DNA of 64,000 nt from Octopus bimaculoides (GCF_001194135.2 NC_069002.1:27770968-27834967), one strand, 5' to 3'; positions 1 to 13,274 are shown, counted from the first letter of the stretch. The notes: generated from the letters alone by a model not told the origin. Program-made: numbers and translations.

Positions 1-68
1 TAAAACAACAAATTCAAATACAAAAAGTTTAAAATATTCTTAGAATTTAAAACAAATGTCATTATTAC

Positions 69-154
69 CTGCAAATTCTCTGATAGCGAGCCAGTTGCCA
101 CTAAACTGTGGTTAAACTTTGCCAAAGCAACTGAAAGCTCTTCATAGGTGCGAT
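69..154 (-). CDS. UBR4: UBR4 exon 14 (DRTYEELSVALAKFNHSLVATGSLSENLQ); gene continues beyond the window
   Basis: Acceptor aattacag, donor gtaata, 86 nt. Compare recalled EEFAAALYHFNHSLVTSDLQSPNLQ. Confidence 0.92.
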
Positions 155-1072
155 CTGTAATTAAAAATGAAAATAAATTACTGAAGATAGTTCCAAAATA
201 AAAAAAAAAAAAGGGAAAGAAAAACGAGACTGGAAAAATTTCAGAAATATCTTTATAACTGATATTTTTCTAGGAACACACATCTCCGAAGAAAATCTCC
301 AAGCTTAACCCATCACCATCATCATTTTAATGTCCATGCTAGCATGAGTGAAATAGAATTTATAGAAACAGATTTTCTAATGACCAGATGCCCTGCCAAC
401 CCTCACTTCCTATTTCTGTTTCCAAGCAGGATAATATTTCCCCATGGCCAGACATGTCTTTTGCAGAAGACTGGAAATAAATGTATCACTTGTACGATGG
501 CAACTCATTTAGAACCATCACAAGATACCATAACAAGTATAGGGATGGATACATAGTCACAACAAGCTTTTTTTAGTTTTCATCTACCAAATCTACTCAA
601 GGCTTTGAGCAGCTTGAGTCTATAATAGAAGATTCTTGCCCAAGGTGCAAGTGTCTTCTTGATAGAAACCTTAATTATTATAACTAGAGGTTGGCAAACA
701 GGATGGGCATTCAACCATAGAAAATAGCCTCGACAGGTCATGTATAACCCATGCCAGCATTGAAAATGCAGATGTAAAAATGATAATGAATTAATTACAA
801 TTAACCTCAATCAGTAAATACTTCATAGTATTTAATTTTGTTTTGTATTAATGGATAAGTGTTTAATTTGATACAGACAAATGTTACATCAAAAATTTTC
901 TATTTAACAAACAGAAGAAAGATCGCAAAATATTACTGCGAATGCAACAATCAAAACCAATTTGAAAGAATATCATAGTAATGAATAACAATCATTATGT
1001 ATACATCATTAATCACAATCAAATCAAGGTTTAAGTTTCTGATATTTCCATGAGTAAAGTTTAAAGACTAAC

Positions 1073-1155
1073 CTGAACCAGATCGGCAGCATTCTTTATC
1101 CAGTTCTTTGATAACCAATGCAAGATTAGACATGTGTTCTTCATTCAAAGCCTCC
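1073..1155 (-). CDS. UBR4: UBR4 exon 13 (EALNEEHMSNLALVIKELDKECCRSGS)
   Basis: Acceptor tactttcag, donor gttagt, 83 nt. Compare recalled SLSEHHMATLASIIKEVDKD. Confidence 0.92.
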
Positions 1156-1202
1156 CTGAAAGTAGTAAATTTTGTTAATAAAGAATATCCCAAATCAGGT
1201 GT

Positions 1203-1246
<44 letters not shown>

Positions 1247-1817
1247 AATTAAAAGGGTAAAGGATTATCAATTTATTAATTCATTAATAAATCAACAATT
1301 AATAATTAATAATTTTTACCAAGCCCATCGGTATGTAAGCACCATTATTGGTGGAGAACTTNNNNNNNNNNNNNNNNNNNNNNNNNNNNNNNNNNNNNNN
1401 NNNNNNNNNNNNNNNNNNNNNNNNNNNNNNNNNNNNNNNNNNNNNNNNNNNNNNNNNNNNNNNNNNNNNNNNNNNNNNNNNNNNNNNNNNNNNNNNNNNN
1501 NNNNNNNNNNNNNNNNNNNNNNNNNNNNNNNNNNNNNNNNNNNNNNNNNNNNNNNNNNNNNNNNNNNNNNNNNNNNNNNNNNNNNNNNNNNNNNNNNNNN
1601 NNNNNNNCATATGTAGGAATAAAGTATGCAATTATAACATGCGTTTTCTCCAATCCTTAAATTCTTAAATATACTCAAATACCCAAAATTTCAAGGAGTT
1701 CCTGCCTTACAAACAGGAGCTAACCACAGTTATTTTGTGTTCTTTGCTACATTGGTTTCTATTAACCCATTTATTCTATCAGAAGAATTTTTATTCATTA
1801 AGATAGAAGAAATACAC

Positions 1818-1860
<43 letters not shown>

Positions 1861-2549
1861 CACACACACACATACACACAATATCATTCAGTGATGAAAT
1901 CATAACATTCTAATCACACCTGACATGAGTATTGACTAACTATAAACACACACAAACTATAATACTGGCTCCAATAGAAAAGTTACACTGAACTACAATC
2001 TATGCCATTGCACCACTCACAAACAACATAAGAGAACACTGCTTAATGTTATAAGCAATGATTAGCTGGATTTCATCTGTCTTCATGCTCTGAGGTCAAA
2101 TGCTGCCGTGGTCGACTTTGCCTTTCGTCCTTTCAGGGGTTGATAAAATAAATACCAGTGCGTACTGGGGTTGATGTAAGCGGCTCAGCCCATCCTTGAA
2201 ATTGCACTCCTTATGCCAAAAATTCGAAGCCAATATTACAAGCAATCATTTCACCAATTTACACACACGAGAAACAACATACAACATATCAATGCTATTT
2301 ACACACAAACACACACGCATGCATGGGCACTCAGTTGTGTAGATAACATGTTTGCTTTCAAACCATGATCTCAGGCTCAGTTGTACGGTGTGGCATTTGG
2401 GGCATGTGTCTTTTGCTATAACCTCACAGACAATAATGATTATTAATAACCACAAAAAAAAAAAAAACAGAAAAAAACCCCTGCTAAATAACAAAAAAGA
2501 GAAACAGAATACAGAGAATATTTAGAGGCTGTGAAGTCTGATACTTTAC

Positions 2550-2635
2550 CTTAGAAGCTTTTGTATAGCTGGATTGACTGAATTGATAAAATAGTGGTTC
2601 ATGAAGTTTAATATATCTGCAGCTAAGTGGACAAA
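2550..2635 (-). CDS. UBR4: UBR4 exon 12 (FVHLAADILNFMNHYFINSVNPAIQKLLR)
   Basis: Acceptor cttttatag, donor gtaaag, 86 nt. Compare recalled FLGLASNILNFITSSMLNS. Confidence 0.92.
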
Positions 2636-3109
2636 CTATAAAAGTAAGGAAATAAAATACTAAATGAATAGAAAAATTAATCAAGGCTTTATAATTATTT
2701 TACCAAATTATTTATTTAATCGTGCTAGTAGGGGGAGAGATGGTTAGCATCAACAGCAACTTTTTAATGTCTTGCAACAATTCCTCAGTCAACAGGGGTT
2801 TGTTGTTGCAAGATCCAAAGAGAAGCTGTTCCTAAAATACACACAAACACTAATCTACTGAGCTGAAGGAGAGGACACACTGACTGTAACAATATGTCCT
2901 CTTTGACTATAGAGTCAGTACTTCAAAATTTTTAACCATCGTCATCACACTGCTTCATATTAACACTATTTAAAAATTAATATTAATAAACTGAAAATGA
3001 TTTTAAACTAACAATCTGGATTTTTTTTTATGGCCGAGGATCGAGATGTGTGGTGCATTGCTGTATTCAAGGAGACCTGCCCACCACTACAGGATTGAGA
3101 TCCTAAAAC

Positions 3110-3460
3110 CAAGGTACCATGTAAAAAGCATTGGTGCAGAAGCTTGTACCATGTAAAAAGCATTGGTGCAGAAGCTTGTACCATGTAAAATAGCACTGGC
3201 ACTGGTGCCACATAAAATAGCACTGGCTGGTGCCATGTAAAAAAGCACTGGCGCTGGGGCCACATAAAAAAATCACTGGCGCTAGTGCCACATGAAAAAG
3301 CACTGGCGCTGCGTAAAAACCACTGGTGCTGGTGCCATGTTAAAAACCACTGGTACCACATAAAAACACTGGCGCTGGTGCCATGGGGAAAAAACATTGG
3401 CACTGGTGCCACGTAAAAAAGCACTGGTAATGGTGCCATGTAAAAAGCACTCAGTACACT
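3110..3460 (+). repeat. Minisatellite of about 20-30 bp units (ggtgccacgtaaaaagcactgg-like)
   Basis: More than ten degenerate tandem units leading directly into an RTE-tail motif. Confidence 0.9.
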
Positions 3461-4420
3461 CTGTAAAGTGACTGGCATTAGGAAGGGCATACAGCCATAG
3501 AAATCGAGCCAAAACAGCAAGAGACCCAACGGCAGACCACAAGCAAGATGGTTGGATAATATCCATAGTCTTAGTTGGTCATGCTTGGAGATCCAGTAGG
3601 AAAGTGTTACAATTTGCAAGCTCCACACCCACAGTCCTCATAGTAACAGTGGATGGAGAAAATGGATGGATCTTGTACTGAGAATATATCACTTGAGTAA
3701 ACTGGGTATCCAAAAGGATATAACTTGTAGAATCTATGAAATGATAACCAAAGATATATTATTTGACAAATCTTAGTTGTGGCCGATGCTGGTGTCATGT
3801 CACTGGCACTCATGCCGGTGCCACATCAAAGCTCCTTTTGAGCATGAGGCCTCATGGAGGCAATGTGGCTGATAGTGGTGTCGTGTAGCTAGCACCCGTG
3901 CTGGTGGCACATAAAAAGCACCTTCAGGCGTTGGGCCTCATGGAGGCAATGAGGCCAATACTGGTGTCGCGTGACTAGCTCTCATGCTGGTGGCCCATAA
4001 ACAGGACCTTTCAAGCATTGGGCCTCATGCAGGCAATGATAAATGGCCAAGACCTTTGGCAATATGCCATACTTGAGAAGAAGACCCATCAAGCCAAGTG
4101 AAATCGTGTTTATGGCAGATATTGGTGCCGTGCAACTGAGACCTGTGCATGTGGCACATAAAAGCACCCTTTAACACTCTTGGAGTGGTTGGCATTAGGA
4201 AGGGCATCTAGCCATAGAAACTATGCCAAATCAGACTGGAGCCTGGTGCAGCCCCTCAGCTTGCCAGCCCTGGTGAAACTGTCCAACTCATGCCAGCATG
4301 GACAACGGACGTTAGAAGATCATCATCATCGTCAGGTTTTCCTAATTTAACATTTCTTATATAAAGACCAAACAATACAAACCTTACAATTTCAAATTAA
4401 AGAACAAAATGATTAGTCAC

Positions 4421-4585
4421 CCCATCTGGCTCTTTTCGGTCAGGAATAAAATTTGGTCTGCTGTCATCATCACTAACTTGTCGAGAACGTTTTCCATTGT
4501 TGGTTCCATCTTGTGTAGGAGCAGGTGGTGGTGAAGGTGCTCGATCAGTTGTTTCTGTAGGTGAGAGTGTTTCTTCAAACCATAA
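4421..4585 (-). CDS. UBR4: UBR4 exon 11, 3' part (LWFEETLSPTETTDRAPSPPPAPTQ...RKEPDG); 5' part lies in gap 4586-5000
   Basis: 55 open codons and donor gtgact. Matches recalled QWFEETISP...PPPPPPP...RKDPE. About 50 aa (acidic EDD stretch) are expected inside the gap. Confidence 0.9.
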
Positions 4586-5194
4586 NNNNNNNNNNNNNNN
4601 NNNNNNNNNNNNNNNNNNNNNNNNNNNNNNNNNNNNNNNNNNNNNNNNNNNNNNNNNNNNNNNNNNNNNNNNNNNNNNNNNNNNNNNNNNNNNNNNNNNN
4701 NNNNNNNNNNNNNNNNNNNNNNNNNNNNNNNNNNNNNNNNNNNNNNNNNNNNNNNNNNNNNNNNNNNNNNNNNNNNNNNNNNNNNNNNNNNNNNNNNNNN
4801 NNNNNNNNNNNNNNNNNNNNNNNNNNNNNNNNNNNNNNNNNNNNNNNNNNNNNNNNNNNNNNNNNNNNNNNNNNNNNNNNNNNNNNNNNNNNNNNNNNNN
4901 NNNNNNNNNNNNNNNNNNNNNNNNNNNNNNNNNNNNNNNNNNNNNNNNNNNNNNNNNNNNNNNNNNNNNNNNNNNNNNNNNNNNNNNNNNNNNNNNNNNN
5001 GGGGGGGGGGGGAGCAAACACAGGCACACACATAAATACATATATACACATTATATATATGCAAAAGATACCGATAGAATAAGTACTAGGCTTACAAAGA
5101 ATAAGTACTGGGGTGGATTTGTTTGACTAAAGGCAGTGCTCCAGCATGGCTACAGACAAATGACTGAAACAAGTTAAAAAGAGTGTGTATGTGC

Positions 5195-5199
<5 letters not shown>

Positions 5200-5286
<87 letters not shown>
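5200..5286. repeat. (AT)n microsatellite, the longest of many; also (CA)n, (CAC)n at 47273-47307 and (TAA)n at 51852-51881
   Basis: Direct reading of the sequence. Confidence 0.95.
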
Positions 5287-5291
<5 letters not shown>

Positions 5292-6200
5292 CATACATGA
5301 AGGGCTTCTCTCAGTTTCCGTCAAGCAAATCCACTCACAAGGCTTTGGTCATCCCAAGGTTATAGTAGACATTTGCCCAAGGTGCCATGCAGTGGGAATG
5401 AACCTGGAACCATGTGGTTGAGAAACAAGCTTCTTACCAAGCAGCCACGCCTGCACCTATGTAATGCTTCTTTGTTCACATTGTTTTGAATCGATCAAAG
5501 CTAATCACATCACTGAACCTCAAAGCTACAAGGTTTCAATGATGGGATTAGCTATTATTAGACTGACATTAAAAGGAGGTGTGAAAGGCTAAATCTGACC
5601 AGTCTTAAAATAAAACAGTTGAAACATTTAGGCCTGATATGGCCAATTTAAACCCTAAAGGATTAAATCACAACACAAACTGACACTTCAAATTGTTAAC
5701 CTATTTTCCTTTCGTTCCGAGACACTATGCATAAATAATTATATTTTTGTTTCTACTCTATAAAACACTTTATTCCTGTTATTCCGGCTTACTAATACTG
5801 AGGTACAGCGTAAATATCTCATAATAAATTTAAGTCATTGAAGCATACCACACAATGAAATAAAATCCATCTTTATTGCTTCAACAGTAATCACTAACAA
5901 AAGAAACTACTAGGCTGTGTAAGCAAAGTAGAACGCAGCAAAATTGATAGCAATGGTGATTTTATTTTGGTTTTTATCTTTTGCTTGTTTCAGTCATATG
6001 AATGCGGCCATGCTGGAGCACCACCTTGAATGGTTTTAGTCAAACAAATCGACTCCAAGACATTTTTTTTTTTTTTTTTTTTTGCAAGCCTGGTACTTAT
6101 TCTATTGTTCTCTTTTGCTGAACCGCTAAGTTACAGGAATGTAGACACACCAACACCATTGTCAAGTGGTGGGAGGAGGACACAAACACTGATACAAAGA

Positions 6201-6232
<32 letters not shown>

Positions 6233-8079
6233 AGGTTTTTTTCGGTTTCCATCCATGAAATCCACCCACAAGGCTTTGGTCAGCCTGAGGCTACAGTAGA
6301 AGACACTTGCCCAAGATGCTTCGCAGTGGGACTGAACCAAGAACCATGTAACTTGAAAGCAAGTTTCTTACCACACATTCAAAAAAAAATTTTTTTAACT
6401 GTACTCGAAATACCTTCTATAAATCTAACATTTCTAAATATTGTCAAAACTCATCTGAAAATAGGAAACAAATTATTCTAAATCATAGAGTCTTCCCTAA
6501 GCCACTTCTTCAACATATAGTTCTAATAAAAAGAGATTATAAGAATTTTTCAAAGACTTAGCAAACCATGACAATGCCCTGTTTTGAGTCTAACAAAGTA
6601 CAATATATACGGATTTACTTTTAGCATAGTGGCCATTGCTGGCAGCATGATCTTTGAATGTTGGGCCTCATAGAGATGATGACAAGTGACCAAGACCTTT
6701 GGCGATATGCTGTTAAATGAATATTTTAGAGTTCAGATAAAAAATAGATTTTTAAAAATGATTTTTATGTCATTAACCCTTTAGCATTTAAACCAACCAT
6801 ATCAAACCATATCTACCAGTTTTATGTTCAAACCAGCCAGATCACACACCTCACACCTACCCTGCAATGTTATTCTAAAAATAAACAATCACACCTTCAA
6901 AATCTTTTATCATTTACTTGTTTCAGTCATTTAACTGTGGCCATGCTGGGGCACCACCATGAAGGCCTTTTTAAGTCGAACAAACTGATCTCAGGATTTT
7001 TCTTTTTTTTTTAAAGCCTGGTACTTATTCTATCAGTTTCTTTTTGCTGAACCGCTAAGTTACAGGGATGTAAACACACCAACATCAGTTGTCAAGCAAT
7101 GGAGGGGACAAACACAAAAATAAACACACACACGGACATATATATACACACACACACACATACAATGGGCTTCTTTCAGTTTCCATCTACCAAATCTACT
7201 CACAAGGCTTTGGTCAGCCTAAGGCTATAGTAGAAGACACTTGCCCAAGGTGCCACACAGCAGGACTACCTGGCTAATTTCACTATTAAGGTGTTCAGAG
7301 CCAAATCTAGAGAATAAACTATAGGGATTAAATGGCTTGTTACAGTTTCTCAAAGTGAATGAAATAAAATTAGTAAAAGCATTTTAGCACCCCCCCCCAA
7401 AAAAAAAACCCATTTTAATCTAATGAGGCTTTCAAATGTGAATAGAACAAGAAAGAATTATCAGATATTTCAATTATAATAGCTTAGATGCTTGATTAAA
7501 AAATGAATTAAAAAGTTAGGTGCAAGCGTGGTTGTATGGTTAAGAAGCTCGTTTCCTAACCACGTCACCTTGGGTTCAGTCCCACTACACAGCACTTTGG
7601 GCAACCAAAGCGTTGTTGAGTGGATTTGATAGATGGAAAGAAGCCCAATGTGTGTGTGTGTGTGTACCCATGTGTCTTTGTATTTGTCACCCTCACCACT
7701 GCTAAATAACCAGTGTTTGCTTATTTACATCCCCATAACTTATCAGTTCAGCAAAAGAAACCGAAAGAATAACGGGCATTAAAAAATAATTGGGGTGGGG
7801 GGGGCAGTGATTTGTTCGACCAAACCCTTCAAAGTAAAAACCCTAGCATGGCTGCAGTCCAATAACTAAAACAAGTGGCAAAATAGTGGCATGGAGTAGT
7901 TCGTGGTGGCGGCTTCAAGCAAACCAGAAAAGATTCGAGGTGAGATTGTTGAGACATGGTTACAAGAGAGCAAAGTCTCAAATGAATCAATGGTAAAGAC
8001 AGACACCTCAGCAATCATTTGGCTATTTGGGTTTATAGTGACCCCAACAAAAGATAGAGACTTTCATTTAATTTTAGCA

Positions 8080-8368
8080 GCATCAGTTGTGGCGTGCAAG
8101 AGAGACGATTGCGCTGGTATGGACATGTGGTGAGAATGGAGGAGGATAGCTGCGTGAAAAAGTGCCACACCCTAACAGTTGAGGGAACCCGTGGAAGAGG
8201 TAGGCCCAGGAAGACCTGGGCTGAGGTGGTGAGGCAAGACCTTCGTACATTGGGCCTCACCGAGGCGATGACTACGGACTGAGACCTTTGGAAATGTGCT
8301 GTGCGTGAGAAGACCCGGCAAGCCAAGTAAGATCGTTGCCAGTGCCCCTGGACTGGTTCTTGTGCGGG
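8080..8368 (+). mobile_element. RTE LINE ORF C-terminus and start of 3' UTR (5'-truncated)
   Basis: QERRLRWYGHVVRM...GRGRPRKTWAEVV is a typical RTE C-terminus; continues into a gap. Confidence 0.9.
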
Positions 8369-9585
8369 NNNNNNNNNNNNNNNNNNNNNNNNNNNNNNNN
8401 NNNNNNNNNNNNNNNNNNNNNNNNNNNNNNNNNNNNNNNNNNNNNNNNNNNNNNNNNNNNNNNNNNNNNNNNNNNNNNNNNNNNNNNNNNNNNNNNNNNN
8501 NNNNNNNNNNNNNNNNNNNNNNNNNNNNNNNNNNNNNNNNNNNNNNNNNNNNNNNNNNNNNNNNNNNNNNNNNNNNNNNNNNNNNNNNNNNNNNNNNNNN
8601 NNNNNNNNNNNNNNNNNNNNNNNNNNNNNNNNNNNNNNNNNNNNNNNNNNNNNNNNNNNNNNNNNNNNNNNNNNNNNNNNNNNNNNNNNNNNNNNNNNNN
8701 NNNNNNNNNNNNNNNNNNNNNNNNNNNNNNNNNNNNNNNNNNNNNNNNNNNNNNNNNNNNNNNNNNNNNNNNNNNNNNNNNNNNNNNNNNNNNNNNNNNN
8801 NNNNNNNNNNNNNNNNNNNNNNNNNNNNNNNNNNNNNNNNNNNNNNNNNNNNNNNNNNNNNNNNNNNNNNNNNNNNNNNNNNNNNNNNNNNNNNNNNNNN
8901 NNNNNNNNNNNNNNNNNNNNNNNNNNNNNNNNNNNNNNNNNNNNNNNNNNNNNNNNNNNNNNNNNNNNNNNNNNNNNNNNNNNNNNNNNNNNNNNNNNNN
9001 NNNNNNNNNNNNNNNNNNNNNNNNNNNNNNNNNNNNNNNNNNNNNNNNNNNNNNNNNNNNNNNNNNNNNNNNNNNNNNNNNNNNNNNNNNNNNNNNNNNN
9101 NNNNNNNNNNNNNNNNNNNNNNNNNNNNNNNNNNNNNNNNNNNNNNNNNNNNNNNNNNNNNNNNNNNNNNNNNNNNNNNNNNNTTATTCAGACGCATTTT
9201 GTGATGTCAGGCTTGTAACTGATAGTGATAAATATGCAAAGGCAATTTACTTAATATTTATTTTTCACTGACGTTATTACTGTTATTTCTTTATTTTCTG
9301 CAAAGTGCACAAAAAAGCTACACGTTTGCATTATGTTATATATACAATAATAATAAAGGACATTACCATATTTATGTTTACAAACCAAGGACGTTATATC
9401 GACCTCCTTGACTCAAGTTAGAGAAGGGGTGCGTATTATACACAAGGTTTAGGTTTTTCAGAGGTACAGCCCCCTAAAAATCTCCTACGTATTATACTCA
9501 AGGATTTATGGTAATTATTCTTAATATAAATAAAATATGAAAGGTGAAAAGCATAACTGACATTATGAAATTTAAAACTACTAAC

Positions 9586-9714
9586 CTTTCTAAAAGAGAC
9601 TGTTACCAAGTTGAACAACAAGTCAGTTAAATTGATACAGCATGTTAGCTTGTGCACTCTCTGCCAAGCAGTAAATCCAGCTGTAATGCTGGTTTTCATT
9701 TCATCATCTTTCTC
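9586..9714 (-). CDS. UBR4: UBR4 exon 10 (EKDDEMKTSITAGFTAWQRVHKLTCCINLTDLLFNLVTVSFRK)
   Basis: Acceptor aatttcag, donor gttagt, 129 nt. Compare recalled SIQRIQRLIDSVPLMNLLLTLLSTSYRK. Confidence 0.92.
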
Positions 9715-10855
9715 CTGAAATTTAAATCAAAGAATTTAGTCTCTTTTATAATGGGGGGAGGGGGAAAGACCCCACCCACCCCTTTATCTAACAAAGATAT
9801 AAGTATCAATTCATCAAGAAAAATTAATAAAAATCCTGTATTGACCCTTTAGCATTTAAACTGGCCATATCTGGCCCAAATATTTTAGCTACTCAAACTA
9901 GCTAGATCTGGACTTTCACACCTACCCTACAATGTTATTCTAAAAATAAACAACTACATCATTGAAATCTCAAAGCTACAAGGTAATGCATGATAAATTC
10001 AAAACAATGAATAAATACACATCACATTTGACAGAGTAATTGGAATGCTGAAGAGTTAAATAACATATAGGAAAAAATTCCAGAGAAAAAGTCAAATATT
10101 CCTACTATATTCCAAGGGTGACAAGTTTAAATGAAGCTTTATCTCAGAATAAAGTCCTCAAAGATAAGTTTGAGAGCCAATAAAATATATTTTGTTTCAC
10201 CTGTGGCTCTTCAGCAACTAAATACTGTTCTTTAGTGCTTGAAAAGTTATGCTTCTTGCTCTTGCTTGATGGGGCTGGGCTCATCCCAGGTTAGTGGTTC
10301 CCAGAGACATCAATATGTATAGAGCAGACCGGGTCCACCAGTGCTGTCCATTCACTAGTGGTCCCTTGCCAGCCTCTCTCATCTGACCATGTCATGGTAA
10401 GGAGGGCTTGCATGTTCTATAGATAGATCTGAGCAAGCATTACCATCTGGACCTTTGCTCCTGGTAGGGCCAGTATCCCGAGGAGGTTCCAGACTAATGG
10501 TGACCCACAGCACATTGGCTTGTTGCCAAGATTGCAGCTCTATCATCCAACTATTTTGCAGAAGACCAACAACCTGCCCAAAAGAACTCTCAACTTGTTA
10601 TGACACAACAAGAAAAAAAAAAAAAAATGCCCAACATCAGAACAGACCCCTGCATGAAAAACAATAAGCAAAACACAACATATTCTGTTGGACTAACAAT
10701 TATGGATTAAATATTTCATTCCTACAATGTGAAATTCATCCACAGAAACAAAAAAAGCAGTGGTTAATACAAAAATGGAAGAAAATTTGGATAATTGTAA
10801 AAGAGAAGTAAATTTCATTATAAAGGAGGTATAATTAAGTAAACTCATCACAGAC

Positions 10856-10958
10856 CTTGACCACATTCCCTTCAACTTGCAAATCATCAAGTAATTTTGA
10901 AAGCAGCTGGATCGCATTTGATGCTAAAGCAACAGACAAAACTCCAAATCCTTGAAAA
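10856..10958 (-). CDS. UBR4: UBR4 exon 9 (SFQGFGVLSVALASNAIQLLSKLLDDLQVEGNVVK)
   Basis: Acceptor ttttccag, 103 nt. Matches recalled HQGFGVLSVILANHAIKLLTSLFQDLQVE. Donor is the weaker gtctgt. Confidence 0.92.
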
Positions 10959-11056
10959 CTGGAAAAATTAAGAAAATAAAGAAAGTATTGACCATAAAAT
11001 ATTTTAAAATCAAATGAATTAAAACACTTTTAAATACCAAAAACTAGAAGTCCTAC

Positions 11057-11232
11057 CTCTTTGCAGAAGCTGGTCGAATATTTTGAGATTCTTTAGAACT
11101 TTTTTGAGAATCTTGGCTTTTGGTCCGTGTAGAATCTTTGCGCTCAAGTATGACGTAGAGAGTCAGAGATAAAATGCTCTGTAACCCTTTCAGTAGTAAC
11201 CAGGCAGCCATCATATGCAAGTTCTGTACCAC
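11057..11232 (-). CDS. UBR4: UBR4 exon 8 (VVQNLHMMAAWLLLKGLQSILSL...IRPASAK)
   Basis: Acceptor aattttag, donor gtagga, 176 nt. Compare recalled YQNFQLLGAWCLLNSLFLILNL. Confidence 0.92.
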
Positions 11233-11639
11233 CTAAAATTACATATTTCACAGAAAAATAAACTCTGCTATAAAATGCATTTATAGTCAACATAGAGATT
11301 CACATTTTGCATTCTATACATGTAAAATAACGTTCCCTGGCAACCCGGCTCCCCTCCCAGGCTGGTGCAAACTAGCTGGAGATCAACTGAAGATGTGACT
11401 GACGATGGTAAAGGCAAATGTGAAAGCACAATTGGAGCCCTGCATCTATGGTCTTTGACAGTGGAACCAGGCTGGGTGTCCATTATAGCCTTGACAGCAG
11501 CCAACTGTCAGATGTGGTCAGAGTTGGATCAATGCACCCAGAATGAATGCCACTGAGTACAAGTAAGTACAAGCTTTATTCTCTGAAGAAGCAAAGTGAT
11601 TCAATTCAGTTTTTAAAAAGAACTGAAGTAACGACTCGT

Positions 11640-12300
11640 GATCCTCAAAACTGTCATGTTACTTGGTATACTCCATTTTAGGTTCCCTTAAACTGTAGGT
11701 AGATTTAAGCCACACTAGTGTCTTGGGAGCAAGACTCCATTTGCAGGTCACACCTGAACATTGTAGAGTGTCAATAATTGTCAGGGATTGAAATGTCTTC
11801 TGGCCCTGAAGAACGAGGCCAGTCATTGGGAGGCAGTCTAAGCTGTGCTAAGGATGAGCTTTTACCAAGAGAGATCCTAGACTGGTGATAGTGAGACCCA
11901 ACAATTGGAATGATCAGCAAGGCCCAAGTTGCTCATATTTAGGAGTGGCATGCAATGTTTTTTGATACAAGTAGTGTTTGTGATTTGTTGCTCATGAACG
12001 AGACAAGACTGAACTGTTCTCATTAAAGGATTTTTTTCCAAGGTCTGTATGAAAAGAATTGGTGCTGGTTTGGCTATTAGTGTCTTGGTCTGATATGGAT
12101 GAAGTATGTTTGGACATCTGATAGGAAGTTACATCCAAGAAACGAGAAACCAACTGAGCCCATAAGCTGGCAATTTCAAGGAGTTTTCATACCAGACACA
12201 ACCGAAAATTTTGCTGATGTCAAAAACAACAACATAGTTTTCACTGAATTTCTCTGGAGTGAGAGCACATAGGTGGTGGTGCAAGTCTATGGATTAGCTT
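11640..12300 (-). mobile_element. Decayed CR1/Jockey-group RT fragment
   Basis: Minus-strand VVFDISKIFGCVWYEN at 12181-12230 resembles the RT motif ALDISKAFDRVWH. Confidence 0.6.
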
Positions 12301-12603
12301 TTTTTTTTGTCTTTCATTATCATCATCATCATCATTTAACATCCATTTTCCACACTAGCATGGGTTGGATAGTTTGACACAAGCTGGCAAGCCAGAATGC
12401 TATACCAGGCTCTAATCTGTTTGGCAAGGTTTCTACAGCTGGATGCACTTCCTAATACCAACCACCTCACAGAGTGTATTGGGTGCTTCTTATGTGGTGC
12501 CAACATGTATTTATTGCATAAAAATTGCCAGGTCATCTTGATGATTCCCAAGAGCTAAATATATTCTAAGATTAAATCCAACAATATAAAGTTTTCAACT
12601 TAC

Positions 12604-12663
12604 ATGTCCACCAGCTCGGGTGGAGTTTCTAATCACAGATGAGACAATGTTAACAATTTCAAG
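12604..12663 (-). CDS. UBR4: UBR4 exon 7 (LEIVNIVSSVIRNSTRAGGH)
   Basis: Acceptor tttttacag, donor gtaagt, 60 nt, phase 0 to 0. Compare recalled LEIYDMIGQAISSSRRAGGEH. Confidence 0.92.
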
Positions 12664-13274
12664 CTGTAAAAAATAAATCAGGTTTTCAAAATGAGAAACT
12701 TGAATTATGTGAACAAATATACAAACAATCACTAGTCTAAGGTTTTAGTTCAGCTTCATATATGTTTTTTGTAACTACGTTATACAAAATGATGATTCCA
12801 CACTGAACAAAATTTATCAAAATGATCCTTTTATTTATTTATACATACATATATATATCTCACAGAATGTTCCATTATTTTAGCTTTTATTACTCAACGG
12901 ACAGGAAATTCAGATTAACATCTTACATAAGTATTAAAATGATTTAATGATATGAAAAGACAATAGAGGATATCTTATATAACTTTTAAAATAATTTGAA
13001 GGCTGAAACAATTACAAGAGCAAAACTACTTTGAATTGGGTTTTTTTGTTTTGTTTTGTTTTTTTAAGAAAAAAAAAACTATTGGATAATTACTTCCAAC
13101 ATCTAAAAATGTTATATACTTTGTCAATTTTTTAGCCGTTTTCTATTTACATTTTTAACACCTAATTTACCATTCTAACATGTATTCCCAAAAAATTTTT
13201 TATGTTTACATGAAGTACCAAAAAATTGCTTTTAGTCAAATGGGTTTATACATATTTTACAATTAGAAAATTAA

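Noticed and set aside
1299-1678. Long ORFs in the track dominated by X (also 4397-5126, 8172-9271, 34119-35158, 55928-57292, 62175-63010)
   Set aside because: They are open only because N runs contain no stops. The exceptions are the UBR4 exon 11 and MRPS31 60825 pieces listed as features.
3008-3628. 206-aa ORF and the repetitive ORFs at 17423-17689
   Set aside because: Translations of minisatellite arrays; no coding signature.
7880-8080. Open frames on both strands next to the RTE fragment, considered as the missing UBR4 exon
   Set aside because: No resemblance to the expected acidic UBR4 segment and no convincing splice sites; the missing ~50 aa fit in gap 4586-5000.
11580-11830. Other CTGA(A/T)GA occurrences (also near 36786, 38161, 40390, 58729) checked as hammerheads
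   Set aside because: None is followed by a stem II and GAAA.
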